From Chrysomallon squamiferum (Eukaryota; Animalia; Mollusca): a DNA stretch of 64,000 bases. Location of the stretch: positions 4,154,001 through 4,218,000 of the forward strand of contig CM022666.1 in NCBI GenBank assembly GCA_012295275.1, in the 5' to 3' direction. Within the stretch, counting starts at the first letter, position 1, and each line of letters begins with the position of its first letter. Shown one piece after another: positions 28,209 to 41,919 of this stretch. Made by a program: the position numbers and the translations under genes. The notes beneath the pieces were generated by a model. It was given only the letters and a program-made list of their open reading frames with translations, was not told the DNA's origin and ran no database searches.

Positions 28209-28535
28209 GTTAAAAAAAAAACATTTTTTTTTTTTTATTTTCATTAACATTAATATATTCGTTTATAAATTTAACATTTTTAAAAACAAAAACATTTCTT
28301 TTATTGCAAATTCAGGTGTGTACGTGTGTTTGCAAAATTACAATTTTAAAAATAAACAGCTATGTTTATAAAATATTTATTTATTTTCCAGTTTACTCTG
28401 TACAGTGGACTGCTAGGTGTCGCAGGTGTACTGTTTATCACCAGAGCTTTGTACGCCTCCATTAGTAGTGGAGAGAGAAGATTCAGCTGCTGCCAACAGG
28501 AAGAACAAGAATTTCTTGTGGAAGATCCCAGCTAG
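24473..28535 (+). CDS. SLC19 family (reduced folate carrier/thiamine transporter-like) MFS transporter, divergent; coding exons 24473-24613, 24864-25844, 26588-26777, 27729-27870, 28392-28535
   Basis: SCLYGFFKEFCPLVPFLTPYL; DFFIYKPVII; ASDVAFFAYIFAV..YQKVSG; WSLW..LW..YNGAVEA; FQIA..LVFGLNSF; TQFTLY. All introns are GT-AG and phase-compatible. Needs one extra A in the A4 run at 25677-25680. Probable 5'UTR exon ends at 24177 (gtaagt), acceptor at 24451-52. Confidence 0.88.
27241..27720. repeat. Intronic tandem repeat, ~5 units of ~85-155 bp with palindromic core AGTATTTTAAAATACT and CA-rich spacers
   Basis: Core visible near 27241 (partial), 27325, 27479, 27585 and 27695; the last copy runs into the acceptor at 27727-28. 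Confidence 0.85.
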
Positions 28536-30269
28536 TTGTCATGACAACAGGAAGCATATTTAAGAAGTTTTAAAAACGTTTATCGACTATGAAATACTGG
28601 AAGAGAATTAATTAACATATTAAAAAAATCAGTTTGTTTTTTTTTTTTTTTTTTATAGTTTACTAATTCAATTACCTGTGGTTCAGCTGTGAATTTTAGT
28701 GCAAGCAAGCCTGTCCTGGGCCCAGAGTTATGGTGCTTTTTTTGTGTTTTGTTGGCAGTATTTGAAAATAATCTGTAAAAAAGAGAAAGTGGTGATTTAT
28801 TTTCATGTAATTTGCTCAGAGTAGAAGCAGCTACTAGTATTCGAACCCATAACCTACCATTCTTAAATTTATTGGAGTGTCTGTTGTATTAAAAGTGAAG
28901 TAAAGAGACAAATCAGGCAAATAAAATAAAATAAAATAAACAGATAAAAAGGGTTTAAAATGGAGAAAAGTCAAAAAACAAGAAAAGAACATGAAGATGA
29001 AAAGCGATGAGTGAATGAAAGAATGTAAGCAAAATATTGTAAACAAATTTTTTCAGAATATTTTAAAAAATCAAACGATGACTAAAGATGTCAGAAAGAT
29101 TAGTAAATGAAAGAAACAAAAAAAAAAGATCAAGTGGTAAGTGAGATTAAATGAGATTAAGGACAATTAAGGAGATTAAGGAGCTTATTGTATAATCTGT
29201 CTAATAATTATATACAGAAATATGAAAGAAAAATATTTTACTGAAGGAAGAAAAACAGGAAAAAAAGAGACAAGAAACAAAGCAAATGACAGAAAAAGGA
29301 AATGAAATGAATTAATTTTGGATGCAAAAAAAAAATTGTTTAAAATAGCAAATTTTTATATTTATGTAATAATTAGTGGCATTCTTCAGTCATGCTTAAT
29401 CTAGTCGTTATTATTTTTATCATACGTTTTCAAACAACTAAATTGTGTAATAAAAATTATACACATAAAAGCAAGTGCACAATCTCAGTGAAAAAGATTG
29501 AGCTGCAACTGCATATCGAAGACTAAAGGCCCTAATTCATGATATATATATTTGCTATAAGACATGCCTATAATCCTTACTTTGACCTTGGTTTTGATGT
29601 AACAACTATTCTTAACTTTACTAGATGTTGATGTCAAAACTGATGTCAAAAGAAAGCTTGTCGTGGCACATCGCTGAAGTTTGTAACTCAGGACATTATT
29701 TGTAAACTGAGACAAAAATTGCCTAAATATTATGATTCGTAATCTGATTTGTTCATACTTAGAGGTGTTCATAACCTGAGGTTCCACTGTAATATCTTTC
29801 TAAAATACTTGTATAAAGATATTATTAAGATAAAGTTTAGATACTGTTAACTGGAATCTGCCCAACGTTATTATAAACATATATAATTTTTGTGATCAGA
29901 TTTGTTTTGATTAAGTTTTGTTGTTATTCGTTAATATTTAGCATTGTTTTTAATGAAACCTCTTTTTCACCTCAAATTATTTTGCATATTTTAAAGAAAT
30001 TATTTACAAAGTCAGTATTATGATGTATTTACAATTTAACAAAAGCTCATTTTATTTGTGCGTGCTTTGTATGTATGTGTTGTGTATGATTTATATGTGT
30101 GTATACATATTTGTTATGGAAAACACTTTAGAAAAGTCACCTTATCATTATGTGATGTATTCTCACTTTACATATTATTTAATTTTTGAAAAACAATTAA
30201 AATAAAAAATTTATACAATTAAATAAATAAATGAAAAAATAAAAATATTAAAAAACTACTACAACTATT

Positions 30270-30304
<35 letters not shown>

Positions 30305-33300
30305 TTATTATTATTAATAAATGAAAATAACAACAGCAGTAATAATAATAAAAATAAAATATATTACTTATGACCAGATTATTTTGACTATGGTATATCA
30401 CAGGCACATGACCCTTGCCCCTTGACCCTGTGTGAGTTCTTTCAATTATCTTCCATTCCAATCTCTGCTGCATGACTGCATTTCAAAAGATATGGTTTTT
30501 ACTTTGAAGTTTGATGCTGTATTGTATTTTTCAGTATAGTTGAGGTCTTATTTATCTTTTTAAATTTTGTTTAAGGTATGTCAGATTGACATCCAATAAC
30601 AAGCTTAGACAAATCCATTAACTGATTATTTAAAATTAATAATGTGCTTCATGGTTTTGTTAAACCAGTGTTTTTTCATGCAGTACCTGATAGTAGAAAA
30701 TTACTTAGTGCTGTAATAGTGGGGTTAAAACTAATTTTCAGTTGTGAAGGCTGGATATACGATTGGTGTTTAACTCAAGACCTATGTTTGTAAGTAAAAT
30801 ATCCCATCATTCTAAAAACAAATAACTTGAGTGCCAAAATCATTAACATTAGAAAGTTTAAAATTGATTTGTGCAGCATACATTCCATGTAGCTTTTTCA
30901 TGTGTATGGGTGATTGTTATTAGTGTTTTCATGTTTAACTTCTATCAATTTTAATTTAATTTAAGATCACCCTGCAGTGATGTGATTAAAATGGAATAAA
31001 AATATAGATATTTTACAAGTGTTACTAGCAACTAATCTTTGTTAACAATAAATTTTAATAATTCACGTGACCCAACTAAACAAATTTCTGATTTATTGGG
31101 AAGGGAAGAGTAGAGTAAATAATTGGGAAATAATTATTAATCAGTTTATCAGATGGTTATTAAAAAAAAACCTGAAAAAGCAATTGTGACATGATAAAGA
31201 AAAAATGGCAAACTTGATGTAGTTCATGTTTTCTCAAATGTTAATTTTATATAAAAGAATATAAAGCATTTTTAGGCTGTTAATTTAGTTCCCATAATAC
31301 CAAATACATTTCAACTTATTTCTGGTGTGCCAGATTATATATCACTGTGTCTCAAGAAATAAACTGTATTATGAACAAAACTATATTTAGACTACTCATT
31401 CTGTTAACATCATCACAGGTATAATTTACACTGATTTCAGATTTATATTTCACCATGACTTGTAAAATACACTATAATACTTAAGCAGAGTTTGTTTTAG
31501 TTTTTAATTTCCAGTTGCTGCTTAGTTAAGTAATGTTATCTGTGTAAATTTTTCAGATTTAAAAAAACAAAAAATAATAATACTTCCATTCCAGGAAAAT
31601 ATCAAGAATATTTCCATTGTCATCATCCTTTCATTACAATTACTTGTCTAAATATTGATTTAATTTTTGATATTTTTGTTTCTTTTTTTTTAAATCAAAA
31701 GATAAAATTGATGTTTATTCAGTGTGTATAAAATTTGTAATTAGTTTTGGGACGAAAAAATATTTTGCTTATAAATGTAAAAAAAAAAACGTAGATCATA
31801 TATTGGATATCCCTAGAGCTGTCAGCTCAGTAGTAACCTGCCTGAGAAAGAGATATATATTTACAAGTGAGTGGAATCCCTGTGAATGTATGTAAATAAC
31901 AGTCCATTTTGTACATTTATCTTGAAAAGGACCATCTACGAATTGTACAAACCCAGTATCCATAATTTATTACCCAATAGAAGCTTATTGTATCTTAATA
32001 TTATTTTAAAAAAAACTAACAAAAAGCCAACCAGCCAAAAAAAAAAAAAAAACAACAACAAAATGAGTGATTCTCTCCAATCATAAATATCGTGTTTATT
32101 CAATAAAACCATTTCAATATTTTCAAATTTAATAAAGTTTTTGATTTACAATACAATATACAATCTTGATTTTCATACAGCAAACAAGGATGTCATTATA
32201 TACAATGCAGATAATTATTAATATTTTTTAAAATTGATTAAATTGCGTAACTTTCTTACCAATAACTAGTAAAATTCATTTTGATACACTTTTAAACACA
32301 AAACTAATGTTTTTTTAAGTTAGTGAAAATTGTCAATATTTGAAAGGATCAGAACCAATGTGGTCTTACAATGTTGTTTTTTTGATAGCTGACAATTCTG
32401 GATATGTTTTATATAAAAAATTACATCTTATTATTGTCCTTGGCAAGTTCACAGTTAAACGTCACTGAAATATGTTAAACCCAACTAACATGGAAGGATT
32501 TTTTCAACATCTCTCACTATATGAACTGAAGACATTTTTTATTTACTACTATTTAAAAATTATTTTTCTTTTTTTTAATATCAGACCACACTGATTCTCT
32601 CCCCTTTCAATTTAACCATGACAAAAAAGATGATAAAATAATTGTATTTATTTATTTATTCTGAAACTGAAAGAAACTGGAAAAAGTCAATAGAGCAAGA
32701 TAAATGTAATTCAAAATTAAAAAAAATAATATTTTTTTTTTACTCTAATTTAAACAATTAAGAATTTAATAACAGTGAAGAATAATAATCTGGATTTCTC
32801 ACTGGGATAATCCCTGCAGTAATATTACGATGCAGAGATAATCTGTTTTAACTAGACGTCTCACACAATTCGGATTACTCAGTGAAAGACATGCTGACAA
32901 ACAGACTGACAAACACACACTATCCTTAACAAATCTCAATACGAAAAAATATAATAATTTATAACAATACCTGCAGATTTAATTAAACTGAAAACAATAT
33001 AATTTGAACATCAACCCTTACTGATCAACATGTGCAAGGGTAGGACGTTGCTATGTCGTTTCCATGGTAACAGTGTTTCTTGGCTCCCATGCACTAAAAT
33101 ATTTTTCTTTGTTGATCACCATTTTACATACTGACTTCCATAATTCATAAACACAATGGAGGAATAACAACAGTGAACTAAAATAAGTAAACAGTAATAA
33201 TAAATAAAACTGAATGATAATAATGTTTGTTTTTAAAATCTCATACAAATCCAGGATGTGCTGGTCGAACGATTTGGGATTATTCCTGTTCCTGACTGAA

Positions 33301-33834
33301 AAATGTTTACATTCATTTACATTGTGGGGTATCAATTTTTTATACTGTTAAATAAAGATTCAAAATTTCTTATGTTATCCCATGAAACAAAAACAAAAAA
33401 AATAACAACAATAATAACAATAATAATAATATTTAAAAAATAAATAATAAATAATAATAAAAATAATAAGTAAATAAATAAGTTAAAATCCTTGATTTGA
33501 CATTCGTAACAAAAAACTACATTTAACAAATGATCTCAGAAGGTTAATGACTAGGTAAAATTCTTTTTATTGTTAACTAAACAAATTAAAAAAAAAAAAA
33601 AAGTTTTTTAATTTAACCTTTACTTTTTACAGTGTTAAAATGTCTTCAGTTTTAGTGAAATCTTTAAGACTGTTTTGCAGACACTGTATTGTGACCTGAG
33701 GGAGTAACTAGTTTGTTTATTTTCAGCCAGATTACAATAAAATTAAATAAAGTCATGATACAGAATAATAGATTCTTAAAAAAAAAAAAAAAAAAAAAAA
33801 AAATTTAACAACTAAATTATTGAAGTTCAGACCA

Positions 33835-33902
33835 TCCACCACTTGGATTTGAACCAGTATACTTGCTTTTTGAGACCAGCATTCCTTAAAATGAGCTACC
33901 AG
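33835..33902 (-). mobile_element. Degenerate tRNA-like / tRNA-derived SINE head
   Basis: Minus strand GGTAGCTCA (A-box-like, 33892-33900) and GGTTCAAATCC (B-box, 33845-33855) at tRNA spacing; no clean cloverleaf. Confidence 0.35.
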
Positions 33903-35904
33903 TGAAATTCTTACTAGTTAATGAATGTTAAAAAAAAACATACTTAACATCATTATATTACAGTATCAGTTCTCTAACTTACGGCCATTTTTTTTTTTTT
34001 TTTTTGGCAAATGGCAATGCATTAGAGATTTCAAAGAAAAGTTAAATATCTTTTTCAGGTGCAGATATTCAAACTGTAATTCTTACTTATTCAAGTTTCT
34101 CGACTGCAAAAAAAACACCCCAAAACATTTATTTTAAGCAGAGTCATTTTGTGAGTTTTAAACATCATTTACCAAGTTTTGGTAACTGGATGAAAATGGC
34201 AGACTAAGATGCTTACAGCATTTGCTCATCTCAGTTTTTTTCAAAACCACTGAAATAATAATGTTTGCAAAAGCAAGTTCTCAAGACTTAATAAATTGTT
34301 AATCTAACTAATGGTAATGCTGAATGTCGGTTTAAACTAATATCTAATATCTCAGCATATTTAATAAACTGGCAGTGCGTAACATTGATTAACAACATTT
34401 TTTTAAAACTGTTCCAAGTATTTAATTAATTAGCTCTGTGAACCATATGCAGCTTTCAAAATAAATAATTACCAAAATTCTTTGAGATCTGTAAAAAAGA
34501 TTGTAAACATATTGACCATCTCATACGAGAATCCAAATCCATTGCTGATTCAGATACGATTTTAGTCACCATAATTTGAAAATTTTCGTGGGCTCCCATT
34601 CAAACCCATCCCATTATATTAGTGACGCCATTAGTGTACCTGACTGCTGTTGTTTCTTATTTCTGTCCTTATTCTTCTATTATTATTACATGTTCAAAAC
34701 TATCTCCATCCATGTCTGGAATAAATCAGATGCTTCTCATGAAATGAAGAGTAAACACTATTACTATCACTATTACTGTTGTTGTTTGTTATTACTACTA
34801 CTATTATTATTATTACTGTTACTGTTATCATTATTGTTGTTGTTCTTGCTATTGTTACTATAACATTATTATTATTATTACTACTACAGAATATTTTAAT
34901 TTAAAATGGTTAAGAACTCTGAATAAATCCTAGAGCACTGTCACTAATTCAACACCATTATAATTTTCAACTGATTTTATGTTTATCAGACCAGTTGAAA
35001 ATCCTGTGATACATTTATGATAAACAATTATTTCATTATAAACTTTATTACCAGACAGATGGTTTCTGTTATACTGTTGTTGTGATAATTTAAATATAAA
35101 AACCAGCCCAAATACACTCAACATGTTTGACTTCTTTCTTAGTATTTTCAAAATCAGGGTAGATAACTGCTGCAAATTCTCACAGCTTTGTTTTATGAGG
35201 GGCCAGTCATGTCTCAGCTACAGACAGGAATTGATCAAAACGGTAATATTATTTGTTTCAATTAGTTGAGAAAGGATAGGAGAGAGTTAATAATGATCAG
35301 TGGCTTAGCTTAATCACTAATCCAGTAGGATATTTAGAGGTATTTTGAAAAGGTTGTTTTAACCTGATCATGTGGTTTGTGAAAAGAACACCAGTATAGT
35401 AAATCTCAGCTCTCAATTATTTTGGATTTGAGATGGTCGACTTGTACTATAACAGATCAGACCTCTTTAAAAATAACTCATTCATTTTTTTTTTTTTCTG
35501 TCTTTAAATTTCTTATATACTTAGTGTATGTAAGATTATTAAATTATTTTAATATGGTTTTTAAATATTCAAAATAGAAGTTTCTAATCATTGTGAAATA
35601 AAAAAAATTTATAATGATGTAACTAAAAAATAAAACATAAAAAAATTCGATAAAATATTAACAAACAAACAAACAAAAAAATTACCCTGTGATTCATTCA
35701 ATTTTTCTTTTCATTCGGCATACATTTTATTTAATTATACATTTTTATTTTTATTTATCATTATTCAATTTTTTTTAAATCTTTTTTTTACTCCTAACTA
35801 ATTACTTTATCTACTTTTCTTTAAACCTCCCCAAAAACCCAACAAATACTGAAATAATTTAACAAAAATTCATTACCATCTTTTCCCTCTTTATATATAT
35901 ATAT

Positions 35905-35951
<47 letters not shown>

Positions 35952-36156
35952 TTTTTTTTTTTTTTTTTGAGAACCAGAATATTGAATATCTAATAATATA
36001 AAAAAATAAGAACAGTTCATACTGGATTGTAATAATAAGTTCCAAATATCAACTGGCCTAAATTTCGCATATTATGCTTCGCCAGAGACGAAGGTTAAAA
36101 CTAGCGTATGTATATGTACACATGAGATAGATGAATGTACTAAAGGGAAGTGTGTG

Positions 36157-36436
36157 TTAATTGAAGTGAAATTTAAATGAAAAGCCACCACCACCGAATG
36201 GATTAAATCCATGCTGGAATGGATTTCCTGACTGGTCTTCTGGATCTAATGGATCTTCTCCATTGTCAAATCGCTGCCTTTTTTCTGAAAATAGAAAACT
36301 GGGCATGTAAGCTAACTAACTAAATAAATAAATAAATAAAATAAACCTGTTTATAAAAATGTGTAAGACAATAAATAATTCAGTCAATCAAAATAAATAA
36401 ACAAATGTATATATATTGTTTTTGTGTTAATAAATA

Positions 36437-36479
<43 letters not shown>

Positions 36480-37024
36480 ATTAAGAATGAAAAATAAATT
36501 AATAAATTAATAAATAATGCCATTATAACCAAGCATTTTCGTATTTTCTTGAAATTAGAAATAGTTGGGGTGATGGGGGGGTGGAGTTATTAAGAAAACA
36601 ACTGCAGCTCGGAGTCCTAAGTTCAACCCTTTATTTCCCATTCTAACCACTATCTTTGACAAAGTTTATCAAACACTAAACTATATGTATGAAAAAGATT
36701 CCTTGCTGCTCTATAATAACAAAAGTTTGCTGAACAACAGAAACAGGTTTTCTTTATCACAATCATCATTATAAAAAATAAAAAAATAAAAAAATTTAAA
36801 AGTTGTTTTTTTGTTGTCAGTATCTTGGTTTTTATTATTAACAGCACACATAAGATATACCTGGATCTGTTAAAACTTCTTTTGCTGCTGCTAGATCAAT
36901 GAACATCTTTTCTGCTTTTTTCTTATCATCTCCTTCATACTTATCTGGATGCCAGACCTTGGCGAGATCACGATAAGCTTTTAATATCTGTTTCTTTTTG
37001 GCATTTCTGGAAAAAATTACAAAG

Positions 37025-37055
<31 letters not shown>

Positions 37056-37896
37056 TTATACTAAAAATAACAATAATAATAAAAAATAATAATAATAATA
37101 ATAATAATATTATACTAAAAATAACAATAATAATAATAAATAATAATAATATACTAAAAATAACAGTAATAATAATAAAAAAAATTAATAATAATAACAA
37201 ATAATAGTAAATAATAAATAATAATTAATAATAATAATAAATAATAAATAAATAATAATAATTTTTTTAAAATATTTATTTTAAAAATAATAACAAAAAC
37301 AATAATATTTTGTAAAAAAATTACACATACTTTTAACCTTTAACCTTTTATAATGCAATTTATACATACTTATTAACACCTAATATTTTGTAATAAAATT
37401 TACATAAACATTTTAATCCTAATATTTTGTAATAAGATTTACATAAACATTTTAACACTTAAATTCTGTAATAAAACTTAAGACTGTTTTTAACATTTAA
37501 CATTTTGTAATGAAATATACACATACCTTTTGACACCTAATATTTTGTAATAATCTCTTTTCTGTGACTGTTTAAGTAATTTCTGTGCTTTGTTCAAACC
37601 TTCCTGTACACGTCTGTTATCTTCGTCTATTTGTTGAGCTTTTTGAAAATCATTTATAGCTGAAAATAAAATTCATAAACTCTTGAATAAACACAGAAGA
37701 GTAAGAAGAAGAAAAAAAGCAAAGAAAGAGTGAAGAATGAATATAGAGAATAATAATAGTAGCAGTAGTAGTATTAGTAGTTGTAGCAGTGGTGGTAGTA
37801 AAAGTAGTATTAGTTGTAGCTCCAGTAGTAGTAGTGATATTGGTAGTATTAATAGTAGTAGCAGATGTAGAGTAGTAAGCAGCAATAGTGGTAGTG

Positions 37897-37927
<31 letters not shown>

Positions 37928-39946
37928 CATATATATTTAATTAAACAACACTTTAACAGTATCAACACAACAAAAGCCAGTCAAACAAATTTTCTAAATA
38001 CTTTCATTAATGTCCAGTAACAATGAAAGAATACTGCATCTGTTTGGATTGGGAAAAACAGTGACTCACCTGCTTGATAATCTTCATTGAGTATATGAGC
38101 TTCTGCATGATCTATATAAGCATTTATGTTATGTGCATCAATTTCTAAAACCTCCTCACAAGCTGAAAATGCTTCTTTTATATGACCTGCCTGCAATGTA
38201 TAAATTAATAAAATTTAAAATAATAATAAAAAATATTTAAAAAAATGTATAAAAAAACTAAAAACAATTAAAAAAAAATCAAAACCCCAAACCCACAACC
38301 AAAAACCCCAACAATACCAAAACAAAATAAAAAATAAAAAATAAATAAAAAAATATAAATAAAGTAAGTCTTTTCATTCTCCTGTTCTGTTTCTCCTCAA
38401 CCACTACAAAACAAATATCTCTTAAAGTGCTATATAACAGAAGTATATCCATGAAAAAAAAAAACAGTGCTCCCAGTTCATATGTAGGTTATATCCTCTC
38501 TATGAATACTTGATGGTTATGTCCCTTCACTTATTATAGAATAGTGTCAATTCTTTCACTAATTTATAAAAGTTAGGTCCTGTAACCCATTACAGAATAG
38601 AGTGAAACTCCTTCTCCCATGAAACAGAGTTAATTCCCTTCCCAAATTTATGTTTTATATCTTTTCACCCATTACAAAACAGAGTTAATTCCCTTCACAG
38701 ATTTATCAAAATTATGTCCCTTTGCTCATTAAAAAATAGAGTTAAATCCCTTCTCTGATTTAGAAAAATTATGTCCCCTCAACGGTTTATAAAAGTTGTG
38801 TCCCTTAGTTGGTTTATAAAAGAGTTATGCCCCTTCGTTATAAAACAGAGTAATATTTTTGGACAAACTTACTTTGGAATGACAGTGACACATAAAAGAA
38901 TGGGCTTGTAGAAAATAATGGTAAACTTTTGATTCTGTTTTTAGAATCTGTTTTGCTTTGTCTATGCACTCGTTATAGCGTTCGCTGTTACTAAGTTCCT
39001 GAGCTGATTGTAACTGTTTGACGAGCTTTTTGACTTTCTTGTAATGAGGATAACAGTCTTTGTGGTCGGGATCCAATTTAAGGCACTCACGGATTTGTCT
39101 GAAAAAGAAATAGTTTATTTTAAAAAATACACTCAACACAATTGTGTGTATGTGTGTGTATATATTTATATATACGCATAGGCATGTGTGTATATGTTTG
39201 TATATGTATGAGTGTATATATTATTATAGATAAACATATTAAGTATAATTTGAAATGTTTAATATATGTAAAAATCATCGTTCAAGTAAGCACTGTAATC
39301 TTTACAATAAGAAATATAATTTATCTGTTGTTGCTGTCTGATAGTTAACTAAATATATAACAACATTACACTTTTAACTTTAAACACACTCCTGCAAAGA
39401 AATAATGTGACATCTGTCTACTATTTATAAATCAATGAAAATCTCAGTAAGTATGTACACAAAGAAGTTTGAGGCTTTTGCACATCTGTGTCAATCTTTA
39501 CATGAAAATATTATTTACACGTATCAATAAAATTTATATCGACGAAAGAAAGTAAATAAATGTCACACTGGAACATAAAGATTAAAGTGTTTATCTGGGT
39601 CTGAAAAGCTCAAAAGAAATCCTCATATATATGTGTGTGTGTTTATACGTGTCTCTCTGTATATATGTGTATATACTTATGTATATATGTGCATGTGTGT
39701 ATATTATTGTTTAAAATCAAAAACTTCAAAAAATAAAAGATGATAATATACATACATATAAAATAAAAAGAAACAAAATGATATATATATATATATAAAA
39801 AAAAAATGTCAATGTGTACATATACACAAACATATAGACATATATACATACATTAATTAAGGAATAAAAATACACTTAACTCTGGTCATTCTGAATTAGG
39901 CAATGAAACAAACAAACTAATAAACAAATAAAAATAAATATGAATA

Positions 39947-39977
<31 letters not shown>

Positions 39978-40484
39978 ATATATAGATAAACAGATATATA
40001 AACAGATAGATGGTCAGTATGGCAGGAAGATATATACATAGATAAATATACAAATAATTAAATAAATATATACACAGATAATCATATAAACAAACAAACA
40101 AACAAATAAATAAAACAAACAAGCAAACAAACAAAGAAACAAACAAAATAAAACTTACATAAGAGATTCCTCAGCTTCACCCATGTTGTAGTGAATTTGA
40201 CTCATTTTGAAAAATGCCTTCGTGTTGTCTGGTACCAGTTTTGTTGTCGAGCGAATGTCACCGATGGCTTTAAACTTGTCTCCAACATAAATATAACACT
40301 CACTACGAATTTCTCTCAGCTCTGGGTCCCAGGGACACAGCTGAAATCAATTAACAACATTTAATTATATTAAATTCTTTGTACATTTATATTCATTCTG
40401 CATTAAAGTGACAATTTCACTTAAAATTCTTCAGATCCTGAAACTTAAAAAAAATTAAAAAAAAATATATATCTATATAAAATT

Positions 40485-40522
<38 letters not shown>

Positions 40523-41001
40523 TATTATATTATTATTATTTTTATTATTATTATATAAATTATAATATAACCAAAACAATAAGAATAACAGATCTCCCTC
40601 TTAGGTTGATTCATTTTTATAATGAAAAATTATACAACTAATTGAATAACATTAATAGCTGAAAATTTTCATGACACCATTTTTTAGTAATAATTTATGC
40701 ATTTTCTTTATGTATTGAGTTCTTCTCTATCAAATTATGGTGAGTTAAACACTATAAACAAAAACAAAAAAAGAGAAATTCTTCAAGGCTGTGTCCACCA
40801 GTTAATATTTTTTTAAAATATGCTGCAGCTATTTTTTTTGTTTATTTTTTATATTATTTTTAGGGTATTTTCTTCTTTATCCCTCTTTTACTCTTTTTAA
40901 AAAATATTAAAAAAATATTAAATAATAACAATTACAAAAAAAATGAAAAAAAAAAAAAAATATATAATAATGAAAAGTAAAAAAAAAAAAAAAAAATAAA
41001 A

Positions 41002-41042
<41 letters not shown>

Positions 41043-41878
41043 AAAATAAAGTAAAATAAAATAAAAAAGAATAAAAATAAAATAAAATAGAGTTAGGTAG
41101 TTAAGTACTTACATCTATAAGTCTTGACAGTAATTCTATTGCTGGGTTAAAATCATGACTTTTATACAATTGTTTTGCATGTTTTACATCTTCTTCTATA
41201 TCCTCTGTTAAAGCAAACTGAGATTGTGCTTCTTGGTTATCTGGATCTCGTTTCAACTGAAAATAAGAAAATAAATAAATAAATAAATATTAATAGTTAT
41301 TTAATTATTTTTCGAAGCTTGGATATTATTAGGGTCTCTTTTTAACAGAAAACAAACAAACAAATGAAATACAACACAAAAAAGAAAAATTGAAAATCCC
41401 AAATAAAAACAGATGAATAAATAGATATTTATAATAGACATTTATAATAATAATCATTTATACTCTTTCTGAATTTATTATTATTACTGAAAACATGAAC
41501 ATTATTAAATATATTTTTAATTAAAATTAAATAAATAAAAAAAATATATATAAATATTATTACTAATATATAAATAAATTAATATTAATTACTATTACTA
41601 GTGTTACTATTATGTTTTTAATCAAAGCTTGATCATGTTCTAAATTCCTTGTACTTAAAAATACATTAATAAGTGTAATTTCTTCTATGGATATTATCAT
41701 TAATATTATTAGAATTTTTACAAATTATTAAATCTGATTTTAGTGGAAAATAAATAACTATATTAAAAAAAAAATCTGTAATTAATTATTTTATTATACA
41801 AATTATTGGATTTTGAAAATACATTAAAAATATTGAAATTGTTTATTTGATTTCTGTTATCATTGAAAACTTAATCAT

Positions 41879-41919
<41 letters not shown>

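Noticed and set aside
28812-28850. A-box/B-box-like words (also near 31824-31880)
   Set aside because: No cloverleaf and poor spacing; too weak to call a tRNA or SINE.
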